The notes below the pieces were generated by a model. It was not told the DNA's origin. It saw only the letters and a list, made by a program, of their open reading frames with translations, and made no database searches. DNA of 64,000 nucleotides, taken from positions 32,001-96,000 of IMG/VR virus record IMGVR_UViG_3300021426_000068; one strand, given 5' to 3'. The position numbers and the translations under genes are program-made. Of this stretch, positions 19,053 to 28,350 are shown in pieces; position 1 is the stretch's first letter; each line of letters begins with the position of its first letter. This stretch comes from a virus (taxonomy: Duplodnaviria > Caudoviricetes).

Positions 19053-22000
19053 TTAAAAATCAGTACTTGTTGTATTATCATGTTTACCAATTGTATACGG
19101 ATTAGTAAATGATATTGTAATTTTATTTGTTGTACTATTACCAGTAACAGAAATTTCATCTGTTGTACCTTGTAATATATTAATAAGAGAAGTAAATAAA
19201 TCTGAACTAAATTTTTGTTCAATTTTTGTTTCAATTGTGCTATCAAGTGTATTAATAATATTTTGAATATTATTTACATTAGTTTCAAGATTATTTATTC
19301 TATTTTCAAATTCAATTACTTTATTTTCAAGTAATGTTACTTTATTAACAATATTTTTAAATTCTTCATTTGATGCTCTTGCTAATGTTGTAACGTCTCC
19401 ACTTAAAGTTATTATATCTTCACTAACTTCAGCGAGTTTATTATAACTTGCAACACCATTTTCAACATCAACTTTCATTCCAATCTTATAGTCATCAATA
19501 ACTAAATAGTTTGTTGAATCAGCAGAAACTGTATATATATCAACTAAACTTGAAAGTGGAACTGTTATTATCTCTTTTCCTGAAGCGGTATTAAATGTAA
19601 ATATCAAATTAGAACCAACTAATTGTACATTTTCAAGCATACCATCTTTAACAAATTTATTAACATTAATAGAAGATATTGTTTCACCATTATTTCCCTT
19701 AAGAACAATATATTCATTATTGGAAGTATCTGAACTTGTTGCAAGTGATATTGTTGTAACTAATCCAGAATCATCTTGTGAAAGAATTTTATCCGAAGGA
19801 TTTAATGTTAATTTAATTTTTGTCTCATTATCTGTTTTTTCTAGTGAAATTGCTTTATCACCTTTTAATGTTTTTGAATCAATATTATTAATAATATCTT
19901 TAATATTATTAATTTCTGAAACAGTACTTGAACTTAATGTTGTAACATTACCACTAATGGAATTTTCAGCATTAGTTGCTCTTGTTACTTCGTTGGTTAT
20001 TCTGTCTGTAAGATTAGAAATTATAACTTCAGTTGATGATGTATAGCCTGTTATCATTCTTTCAAGTCTTTCATCTGTATCTATACGACTATTTCTTTCC
20101 TCACTTACAGCATTAGTGTATTGTCTTATAACATCAGTTATCGCTGCTTGTCTATTTGAAATTTCATTATTAATTTCAGTTTGAAGAGATGTTTCTTTAT
20201 TAGTTGCTCTTGTTGCTTCATTATTAATCAATGTTGTTAATTCAGATTCTTTACTGGTTGCTCTTGTAGTCTCAGTATCAATTTTTCTATCAAGTAAAGA
20301 ATCACCATTTTGTCTTGCCAATTCTTCAGTTTGAATTTTAGTATTAAGTTCGTTTTCAACTGATATTGCACGTTCTTTTTCAGTTTGAATTTTACTATTA
20401 AGTTCAGATTCTTTACTGGTTGCTCTTGTAGTCTCAGTATCAATTTTAGATTCAACTGTTAATAATTGACTATTAATATTTTGTGTTAAATTATTAACAG
20501 TATCTTTTATTGCATTTTCAACTTCAGTAGCACGTTCTTCTTCATCTATAATTTTATTATTTAAATCATTTAAAGAACGAGAAACAACTCTTTCATTATC
20601 TTCAATTATTTTTTTAATTGTTGTTTCAGCACTTAATGAACGTTCTGTTTCAACATTAACAGCATTGTTTATAGCAGAATTAATTCCACTAATTTTAACA
20701 CCGTTTGAACTAACAGTAAGATATTCTTCTGAATTTGGGTCAATTAAAACATAAACTTTACTTTCTTCAACTTTTAAACCGTCTTTAAATTCAGTTTCTG
20801 AAAGGAAAGAAGAAACATCAAGGTCAACAATATTTGTAGAACCATCTGAAAGAATATATGTAAATCTAATATATTCTTTTTCACCAATTGTGATTAATTC
20901 AACTGATTGAAGTGAACTATCTTTATAAATTTTTACTGTATCACCAAGATAATTTCCATTATTATCAACTAATGCATATTCTTCTTTAACATTTGTTGAA
21001 GAAGGATTTGAAAGTTTTTTAATAGAAAGTTTTGTACTAAGTGTTCCATCATTATTTTTAGCAATTGTTAAACCATCTATATTAACTGATAAATCAGTAC
21101 CAGAATCTGATTTGTTTACCAACACAGTTTTATCTTCTGATTTAACCGTAATTTTTTTAATTATATCTTCTGTTGAAGCACTAAATTGTTCAACAGAATC
21201 ACTTAATTCATTAAGATTATTTTTTATGGTTTCTGTTGAAGCACTTAACAAACTAATATTATTATTAGTTTCATTAATGCTATCAATTATATCTTGTTCT
21301 TTTTTTATTGCTCTATCAATTTCATCACTTAATTGTTCTTTAACAACACTAAATTCATTTATGGTAGCACCACTAAAATTATTTATTTTCTCTTCAAGAT
21401 TAGTAATTTGATTAATAGTGTTTGAACTCAATTGATTAAGTGTTCTATCAAGAATAATATCAGCATCATTAAGTGATACGGCATCATCTATATAATTTGC
21501 TGTATGTGTATGAGGATATGTACCATCATTATTTAAACCAGCACCTGTTTGTGTGTTATCAAGTTCTGTTTGAATGCTGTTATCTTTTTCAACTGAACGA
21601 ATAATTTCATTTGAAATATTTTCTTCAACAGATATAAATCTATTAATACTTGCAGCACTTAATTGATTAAGTGTTCTATCAAGAATAAAATCAGCATCAT
21701 TAAGTGATACAGCATCATCTATATAATTTGCTAAATCATCTGGTGAAGTATTGTGTTTTTTATATGTACCATCTTCATTTAGACCAGCACCTGTTTGTGT
21801 TGTGTTAAGTTCACTTTGAATGTTATTTTCAACAGTTGTTGAACGTGTAGTTTCATTCTCTATTTTATCTTCAATCTTTTTGAGTTCTTCATTTGTAGCA
21901 TGTGCTAATGTTGTGACATCACCACTAATTGATTCTTCAGCAGCAAGTGCACGGTCTTTTTCTTCATTAAAATTGTTTTCAACACGTTTAAGTTCTCTAT

Positions 22001-23378
22001 CAAGGATAACATCAGCATTATCAAGTGAAGTTGCTTCATGAATATAATTTGTTTCACCTTGTGTGTTATGTCTATTATATGTACCATCTTCATTTAGACC
22101 AGCACCTGTTTGTGTTGTGTTAAGTTCACTTTGAATTGTATTGGCTGACAGTTCAGTATTTTCCCTAAGATTATTAATTGAGTTTTCTAAAGTGGTTTCA
22201 GCAGTTATTGCACGTTCTTTTTCTGCATTAACAACATTAACAATTGTGTTTTGTATACCACTAAGTTTAACACCATCTGGACCAACTGTCATAAATTTTT
22301 CCGAAGAAGAATCAATATTCACATATACTTTATGATTATCAACTCTTAAACCATCTAAAAATTCACTTTCTTCAAGAAAAGTTTCAACATTTATACAAAC
22401 TAATTGATAAAATCCATCTGCTTTATAATAAATTAAACATAATGCAGTATCACCAGTACCAGGTGTTACAATTGGTTTAGTATAATCATTAAGTCTATCA
22501 TCAACATGACCAAGATATACATCATAGAGAGAACTATCTTTATAAATTAAAATACGTTCACTATTAGGTTGAACTTGTCCGTCTTTATTTACTAAATCAT
22601 ATGCTTCTCTAACATTTTTGTCTAAACCTGTTGTTACTTTAACAAGGTGTAAACCATTTAATGCTTCTGTTTGTTTTTCAGAAAAATCTATGAAGTTTAA
22701 ATCAAGTTGTTTTATTGCATCAAGTAAACTATAATTATCATGTATTGGGTGTGGTTTTTTTGCTTTACCATGATAATCCTCATATTCACCAATTGGAATA
22801 CTATTACCACTTATATTAATATAAGCAATATTATCTCTTACATTACCAGATGTTTCATTAACAACAATATTTTTAACAGATTCTTCTTTTAATTGTTTAA
22901 CATCATCATCAACACGTTTAAGTTCTTCGTCAAGTTTAACATCAGCTTCATTAAGAGAATTTACATTATCAATGTAATTTGCTTCAATATTTTTTTCATA
23001 AGTACCATCTTCATTCAAACCAGCACCTGTTTGTGTCGTGTTAAGTTCACTTTGAATTTCTTCTAATTTTTCAAAAATCTCTTTTGAATTACCAGATAAT
23101 TCAGTTATATCTTCTTTAAGTTTTGCTGAATCAATAATGTGATAATCTTCTAAAACATTTTCAAATTGTTCACCTTTTGTTCCTATAGCAAACATTACTT
23201 GTGTTTTTCCACTATCATCAATGTACGATACAACAACAGGTTCACCAATAAGAGATTTATCAAATCTCTTATCAGTTCCAATCATATTATCTGTAAGTCT
23301 TTTTATATAATTTAATGCATCTTGTCTTGTTATATTTTTTGATGCACCATCAAAATGTACAAATTGTAATCTATTCAT
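19053..23378 (-). CDS. Long fibre-like virion protein with internal repeats
   Basis: 1441 aa; coiled-coil E..RA..E repeats; 4x QxELxxTQTGAGLNxDGTY; 2x EFxDGLxV..KVYVxID. Confidence 0.7.
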   Translation of the reverse strand: MNRLQFVHFDGASKNITRQDALNYIKRLTDNMIGTDKRFDKSLIGEPVVVSYIDDSGKTQVMFAIGTKGEQFENVLEDYHIIDSAKLKEDITELSGNSKEIFEKLEEIQSELNTTQTGAGLNEDGTYEKNIEANYIDNVNSLNEADVKLDEELKRVDDDVKQLKEESVKNIVVNETSGNVRDNIAYINISGNSIPIGEYEDYHGKAKKPHPIHDNYSLLDAIKQLDLNFIDFSEKQTEALNGLHLVKVTTGLDKNVREAYDLVNKDGQVQPNSERILIYKDSSLYDVYLGHVDDRLNDYTKPIVTPGTGDTALCLIYYKADGFYQLVCINVETFLEESEFLDGLRVDNHKVYVNIDSSSEKFMTVGPDGVKLSGIQNTIVNVVNAEKERAITAETTLENSINNLRENTELSANTIQSELNTTQTGAGLNEDGTYNRHNTQGETNYIHEATSLDNADVILDRELKRVENNFNEEKDRALAAEESISGDVTTLAHATNEELKKIEDKIENETTRSTTVENNIQSELNTTQTGAGLNEDGTYKKHNTSPDDLANYIDDAVSLNDADFILDRTLNQLSAASINRFISVEENISNEIIRSVEKDNSIQTELDNTQTGAGLNNDGTYPHTHTANYIDDAVSLNDADIILDRTLNQLSSNTINQITNLEEKINNFSGATINEFSVVKEQLSDEIDRAIKKEQDIIDSINETNNNISLLSASTETIKNNLNELSDSVEQFSASTEDIIKKITVKSEDKTVLVNKSDSGTDLSVNIDGLTIAKNNDGTLSTKLSIKKLSNPSSTNVKEEYALVDNNGNYLGDTVKIYKDSSLQSVELITIGEKEYIRFTYILSDGSTNIVDLDVSSFLSETEFKDGLKVEESKVYVLIDPNSEEYLTVSSNGVKISGINSAINNAVNVETERSLSAETTIKKIIEDNERVVSRSLNDLNNKIIDEEERATEVENAIKDTVNNLTQNINSQLLTVESKIDTETTRATSKESELNSKIQTEKERAISVENELNTKIQTEELARQNGDSLLDRKIDTETTRATSKESELTTLINNEATRATNKETSLQTEINNEISNRQAAITDVIRQYTNAVSEERNSRIDTDERLERMITGYTSSTEVIISNLTDRITNEVTRATNAENSISGNVTTLSSSTVSEINNIKDIINNIDSKTLKGDKAISLEKTDNETKIKLTLNPSDKILSQDDSGLVTTISLATSSDTSNNEYIVLKGNNGETISSINVNKFVKDGMLENVQLVGSNLIFTFNTASGKEIITVPLSSLVDIYTVSADSTNYLVIDDYKIGMKVDVENGVASYNKLAEVSEDIITLSGDVTTLARASNEEFKNIVNKVTLLENKVIEFENRINNLETNVNNIQNIINTLDSTIETKIEQKFSSDLFTSLINILQGTTDEISVTGNSTTNKITISFTNPYTIGKHDNTTSTDF

Positions 23379-23438
23379 TAATTTAAATTTTTTGGATATT
23401 TTATTATTATTTAAATAATAATTTATTTGAAATTATGA

Positions 23439-26123
23439 TTATTCATAATTAGGTAATAACCCAAAGTTTGTATCAATATTTATTTTAATTTCTTCATCGT
23501 TTTCTCTCATAAGAATAAGACCATCTTGTACTGTTAAAACATAATCTTTATCTTTTATATCTTTTCCATCAAGTCTTTCAATTTCTGATTGTGTTGAAGC
23601 ACTTAATTCACTTATATGTTCATTTGTTTCATCAATTTTTATTTTTAATCTTTCATCTTCAATCTTTCTTTCTTCTTCTTCTATTTTAAGTGATTTATCA
23701 AGTGTTTTAATTGCATCAATAATTGTCTTATCTTCTGAAATATAATTATTGCTTGAAACATTTTTATAAAAAGTATGTGTACTTGTTTGAGTATTAAAAA
23801 CTTCTATATATGTTTCACCTGTCCAACCACTAGCACTTGGAATATCTGGATAATCTTCAGGAATTCTTATGATTGTATGTGGATTTGATTCTGCTTCTTC
23901 TTTAGATACAGGTTTCCAAATGGCATCATAAAAATCAATATTATAACCTTCTTCAGAATTTCCATCTGCACCAATAATATCTTTTGCTATATTATCGTCT
24001 ATTTTATTAGAACGTTCAATTTCTGATTGTGTTAATGCACTTAATTCTTTAACATCTTCTTTAAGTTGTTCAATATCAGAAGTTAATCCTGAAACTAAAA
24101 TACCATCTGGTCCAACTGAAATACAATTATCAGAATTAGGGTCAATTTTTACATAAACATTATGATTTATAACTTCTAAACCATCTTTAAATTCTTTTTC
24201 TTGTATGAAATCTTCTAATGGTAATTTCACTAATTTAAATTTACCTGTATTTGTTTGATAAATAATAAAAATAAATTCACTTTTGCCAGAAGTTGAAGGT
24301 TCTATAATCCATTCACCATCTTCTTCATTAATGGATACATTTCCTTCATCATCATAACCATATGTTATTTCTTTTATTGATTTATCTTTTGGTATGTTAA
24401 TTGTAGCACCTCTTGTTTCACCATTGACAAATAATTCGTAAGAAGATAAAATTGTTTCACTTGTTGGTTCTACTTCTTTTACTTCTATAGATTCAATTGC
24501 TTCAGCTAACATTGTTTCAGCTGATAATGCTCTTTCTGTTTCAGCATCAATCTTATCATTAAGTTCTTCAGTTGCACCACTTATTTCATCAATTTTTTCA
24601 TTCATTTTATCAAGTTCTTCCTGTACTTCTTTTTTAAGTGCTTCGGAAGTGTCAATTAATTCAAATGTTCCATCTTCTTTTTCATAAACTCTCCACTCAT
24701 GATAAGTATCACCTGATGTCGAAGAGTCTCCATCATAATCAAGTATAACAACAGAATCACCAGGTCTCATTTGTTTTTTGAGCCATACTTTTCCATCCCA
24801 TTCATTAATAAAGAATACTTCTTTAATTTCTCTATCTTCTCCAGATAAACTTCTCCATTCAGAAGATGTCACACCACTGAATTCTTCATTAAGAAGACCA
24901 ATATTAACAGAAGTCCATATTTTAGAATAACCAACTTCTGGGTTTGAAATTAAAACAGTTGGCACAACATCACCAAGAATATTATCATATTCATTAAATT
25001 CAGTACATCCATATTCATAATCTTTTACAAGACGAAGTGAAAGTCTTGAAGTTGGTTTTGATGATTCCTGAAGAACTTGTCTTGAATCATATGAGAACGT
25101 TCTTGTAAAAATATTTGGATTAGAATTGTTAGCTACTTCATCAGGTGTATAAGACCAGAAAGAAGCAAGTTTATATAAACCTTCAATATCATCATCCCAA
25201 TCTTCAGCAATTACACCTCTACTACCTTCACCATATCCAATTGGTATAATATGAAATGTGTTTGGACTACCTGTTGTTGGAAGATTATCTTCTGATAAAA
25301 CAATTTCAGTTTCACCAGATATAGTTTCTTCTTTAATAGGTTTCCATGAACTAACACTTTTAGCCCTTCCTCCTGCAAATTTACCAGTCCAAACATTTAC
25401 ATCTGTTGTATCATGTGTTCTATCTTCTTCACAATATTCAGCAGCATTAAGTAAATCTGCCCAATCTTTTCTTGATGGTACTCTCCAAAGTGAACCAGAA
25501 TCTTCAAGTTCTTTTTGAATTTTTTTAATTGCTTCATATGTGTATAAAACACCAAATGCTTGATAATTTTCTTTTGTAACAATTCTAAAACCTTTACCAT
25601 GTTCAGAACCTTCAGGCATAGGTGTTTTTCCATCTGTTCTATCTAAAAAATATTTAGCTGGTGAATAAGTTCCTGTTTTTTCAATATCATTAATTCTTAA
25701 TGGATTTGATACTCTTCCATCACCTTTAATTGTATAATCAGTTGCAACTTTTATTTCTTCACCTGCGACAAAAAAACCGTCTAATTCTTCTTTTGTACCA
25801 TCAGGATAAGTTACAATTAAAACCCCTCTATCTTTATCAAATTCAAATGTCATTTTTTTGAAAAGGATTTCAGGTAAATCAGGTAATGTTGCAACAATAG
25901 TATCACCATCAACTCTTGTTAATACTAATTCATTGTTGTCATTAAATTCAGCCGATTCAATATCATAACTTCTAAGGAAGAAAAAATTCTCATCCATCTC
26001 ACTACCTAAAAGAGAACAATTCTTTGTGTAATCACCTGGATATTTACTCACTAATTTAAAGTATTTTACACCATTGATTTCTTTTACAATAGCACCTTTA
26101 TTAGTTTTTATTTCGCTAGACAT
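23439..26123 (-). CDS. Fibre-like virion protein with Fib_succ_major-like (CLec) domain
   Basis: LYTYEA..WRVPSRKDW..FWSYT..LSLRLVKD; shares EFKDGLEV..VYVKID module with 19053-23378; ACTATTTAT upstream. Confidence 0.7.
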   Translation of the reverse strand: MSSEIKTNKGAIVKEINGVKYFKLVSKYPGDYTKNCSLLGSEMDENFFFLRSYDIESAEFNDNNELVLTRVDGDTIVATLPDLPEILFKKMTFEFDKDRGVLIVTYPDGTKEELDGFFVAGEEIKVATDYTIKGDGRVSNPLRINDIEKTGTYSPAKYFLDRTDGKTPMPEGSEHGKGFRIVTKENYQAFGVLYTYEAIKKIQKELEDSGSLWRVPSRKDWADLLNAAEYCEEDRTHDTTDVNVWTGKFAGGRAKSVSSWKPIKEETISGETEIVLSEDNLPTTGSPNTFHIIPIGYGEGSRGVIAEDWDDDIEGLYKLASFWSYTPDEVANNSNPNIFTRTFSYDSRQVLQESSKPTSRLSLRLVKDYEYGCTEFNEYDNILGDVVPTVLISNPEVGYSKIWTSVNIGLLNEEFSGVTSSEWRSLSGEDREIKEVFFINEWDGKVWLKKQMRPGDSVVILDYDGDSSTSGDTYHEWRVYEKEDGTFELIDTSEALKKEVQEELDKMNEKIDEISGATEELNDKIDAETERALSAETMLAEAIESIEVKEVEPTSETILSSYELFVNGETRGATINIPKDKSIKEITYGYDDEGNVSINEEDGEWIIEPSTSGKSEFIFIIYQTNTGKFKLVKLPLEDFIQEKEFKDGLEVINHNVYVKIDPNSDNCISVGPDGILVSGLTSDIEQLKEDVKELSALTQSEIERSNKIDDNIAKDIIGADGNSEEGYNIDFYDAIWKPVSKEEAESNPHTIIRIPEDYPDIPSASGWTGETYIEVFNTQTSTHTFYKNVSSNNYISEDKTIIDAIKTLDKSLKIEEEERKIEDERLKIKIDETNEHISELSASTQSEIERLDGKDIKDKDYVLTVQDGLILMRENDEEIKINIDTNFGLLPNYE

Positions 26124-26200
26124 ATTATATTGTTAAAAATTATATTTATTATTTTTAGATAAATAGTTTTTAAAGAGTAAAAGATGAATTCTATTATTTT

Positions 26201-28312
26201 TTATTTTTCAAATAAACAATTTCTTGTTGTTATATTATCAATATAACCATTATAAATTTTAAAATTAGAAATATCTCCAATAAAACTTCCACAAAAGTTT
26301 TTTTCCATTGGAAACATATATTCTAAAAATTGATAATAATCTGGTAAAATTGATTCAAGTAAACCTTGTGTACCACCACCTAATGATATATTAAATGGAA
26401 CGGCTTCTTGTTTTAAATATGTGTCATTAAGTTCTCTAAAATTAAATTCTGTTAATTCTTCACTTATAAATACAAGATTTCCATTCACAAAAAAGAATAA
26501 CTTCATTTTACGTTTACCTTTATTTATATCAGGACATATTGTACCATCTTTTCTATAATTAATTGTTGGATTTAATATTGTTATTTTTACAACAACATCA
26601 TTCCATTCATTATATTTAATTATTCCATCCTTAGAATATTCTTCTTTAACTGTAAAATAAGGCTTATTCTCTTCATCACATTCAACAACACCATATTTAT
26701 AACCAATAGCACCGTTTTCTGTTATTTTTAAACAAAAAGCATTGTTTTTAATGTCTTTATATATATTGTATGGTATTGAATTTTCTTCTTGATAAAGATA
26801 TATGTTATTTACAGTATAACCTGTTTTAGTCCTGTTCATGAGAGGAAAATAATTTATGTTCCCCCAATCATTTCTACCAGTAAGAATAACCTTCGTGTCT
26901 TCTATCCAATCTTTTACTGTTAATCCAAGTGGTGTTCTATCAAACATTAAAAACTTGTTATCTGTTTCAATTTCATAATAACCTTTTTTTGTTATTAAAT
27001 TTCCAATACTATCTTTAATCTTTTCCTTCTCTATTTTAATATCTTGCTTAAAATAATCTTCTGAAGCGTATTTTTTCCCACCACCACATTCTAAATCTTT
27101 AAAATAATCATCAGCATAATACTCATCACAAGAACAATCAGGAACTTTTTCTTCTTTTTTATCACATCCACCTTTTCCCTTACAACAATTTACGGAAGAT
27201 TCATCATACTTGTATGTGTATAAATCAGATACATGCCATTTATAATCAGGTATTGATGTTATGTTACATTCACAAGTGTCACGTGGAAAAACTTTTCTTG
27301 GTTTTTCTTCTTTCTCTTCTTCACCTTTACAATTACACCCATCAGCATCACCATTGAAAATTACTTCTATGCCCCTTTCACATGGCTCAGTGTCTTCCTT
27401 ATTAAGATAATCATCAGCAAAATAATTTTCACACGGGTCAATTTCAGGTTCTTTACAATTACATGGTTTTGTACATCCACTATCAAAATAATCATCACCA
27501 AAATAATTTTCGCAAGGATTTACTTCTTCTTCAATGTCAGAAGTATAATCTTGTGGCTCAACTATATGATTTTGTATACTTGCACTTGGGTCTAAATATC
27601 CATCATTTTCCATACTTTCTATTTTCATGGTGTCTGTTATAGCAGAATCCGTTTTATACATATTTATAAATTTATTCTCTGCTCTTGTTCCCATAAAAAA
27701 GAAAATACCGTTATTCTCTGGATGTATTTCATTAATAGTACCCCTTTCAACATCATAATCACTTCTTGGTCTTATTCTAAATTGTAAATTCCATTCTAAA
27801 TCTGGACCATTTGGTAATACTTGATAATTAAAACCAAACAATTTATAAAAACCTTGATAAAAACCGCCTTTAAAACTTATATATTTTTTATTTTCTTCTG
27901 TTTCTAAAAACATTGGATAAATAAAATTTTGTGTGTTTCCTGTTATTGGTGTCATGAAAAAACGTGTATCACCTGATTCTATATCATATGTACTACCTGT
28001 TAAAATTTTTAAAAAGTCACTATTTGTTATTCTATCTTTTTGATATTGAATAATTCCATTGTCTATTCCAGTAAACCCTATATCTTTTAATAAAACACCA
28101 TCATTAATTGCTTCATCCCATGTAATATCTGAATATAAAATACCATCATTAATATTAAGTTCTGAAAAATCTGCTATAAGATTTTCATTTAAATTACAAT
28201 TTGAACCAATAACTTCTCCACGATAGAGCATAAAATCAAAATACTCATCGTTATAAAGTCTTGCATCTATACTTCTTGTACTATTATTTTTAATATTTTG
28301 ATATGTAAGCAT
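26201..28312 (-). CDS. Putative structural protein with Cys/Asp-rich insert and LamG-like C-terminus
   Basis: GGFYQGFY, GTRAENKF, LGGGTQGL, FIGDISNFKIY. Confidence 0.55.
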   Translation of the reverse strand: MLTYQNIKNNSTRSIDARLYNDEYFDFMLYRGEVIGSNCNLNENLIADFSELNINDGILYSDITWDEAINDGVLLKDIGFTGIDNGIIQYQKDRITNSDFLKILTGSTYDIESGDTRFFMTPITGNTQNFIYPMFLETEENKKYISFKGGFYQGFYKLFGFNYQVLPNGPDLEWNLQFRIRPRSDYDVERGTINEIHPENNGIFFFMGTRAENKFINMYKTDSAITDTMKIESMENDGYLDPSASIQNHIVEPQDYTSDIEEEVNPCENYFGDDYFDSGCTKPCNCKEPEIDPCENYFADDYLNKEDTEPCERGIEVIFNGDADGCNCKGEEEKEEKPRKVFPRDTCECNITSIPDYKWHVSDLYTYKYDESSVNCCKGKGGCDKKEEKVPDCSCDEYYADDYFKDLECGGGKKYASEDYFKQDIKIEKEKIKDSIGNLITKKGYYEIETDNKFLMFDRTPLGLTVKDWIEDTKVILTGRNDWGNINYFPLMNRTKTGYTVNNIYLYQEENSIPYNIYKDIKNNAFCLKITENGAIGYKYGVVECDEENKPYFTVKEEYSKDGIIKYNEWNDVVVKITILNPTINYRKDGTICPDINKGKRKMKLFFFVNGNLVFISEELTEFNFRELNDTYLKQEAVPFNISLGGGTQGLLESILPDYYQFLEYMFPMEKNFCGSFIGDISNFKIYNGYIDNITTRNCLFEK

Positions 28313-28350
28313 AAATAATATTAACTTTTTAATTATAATTCTTTATTTAA

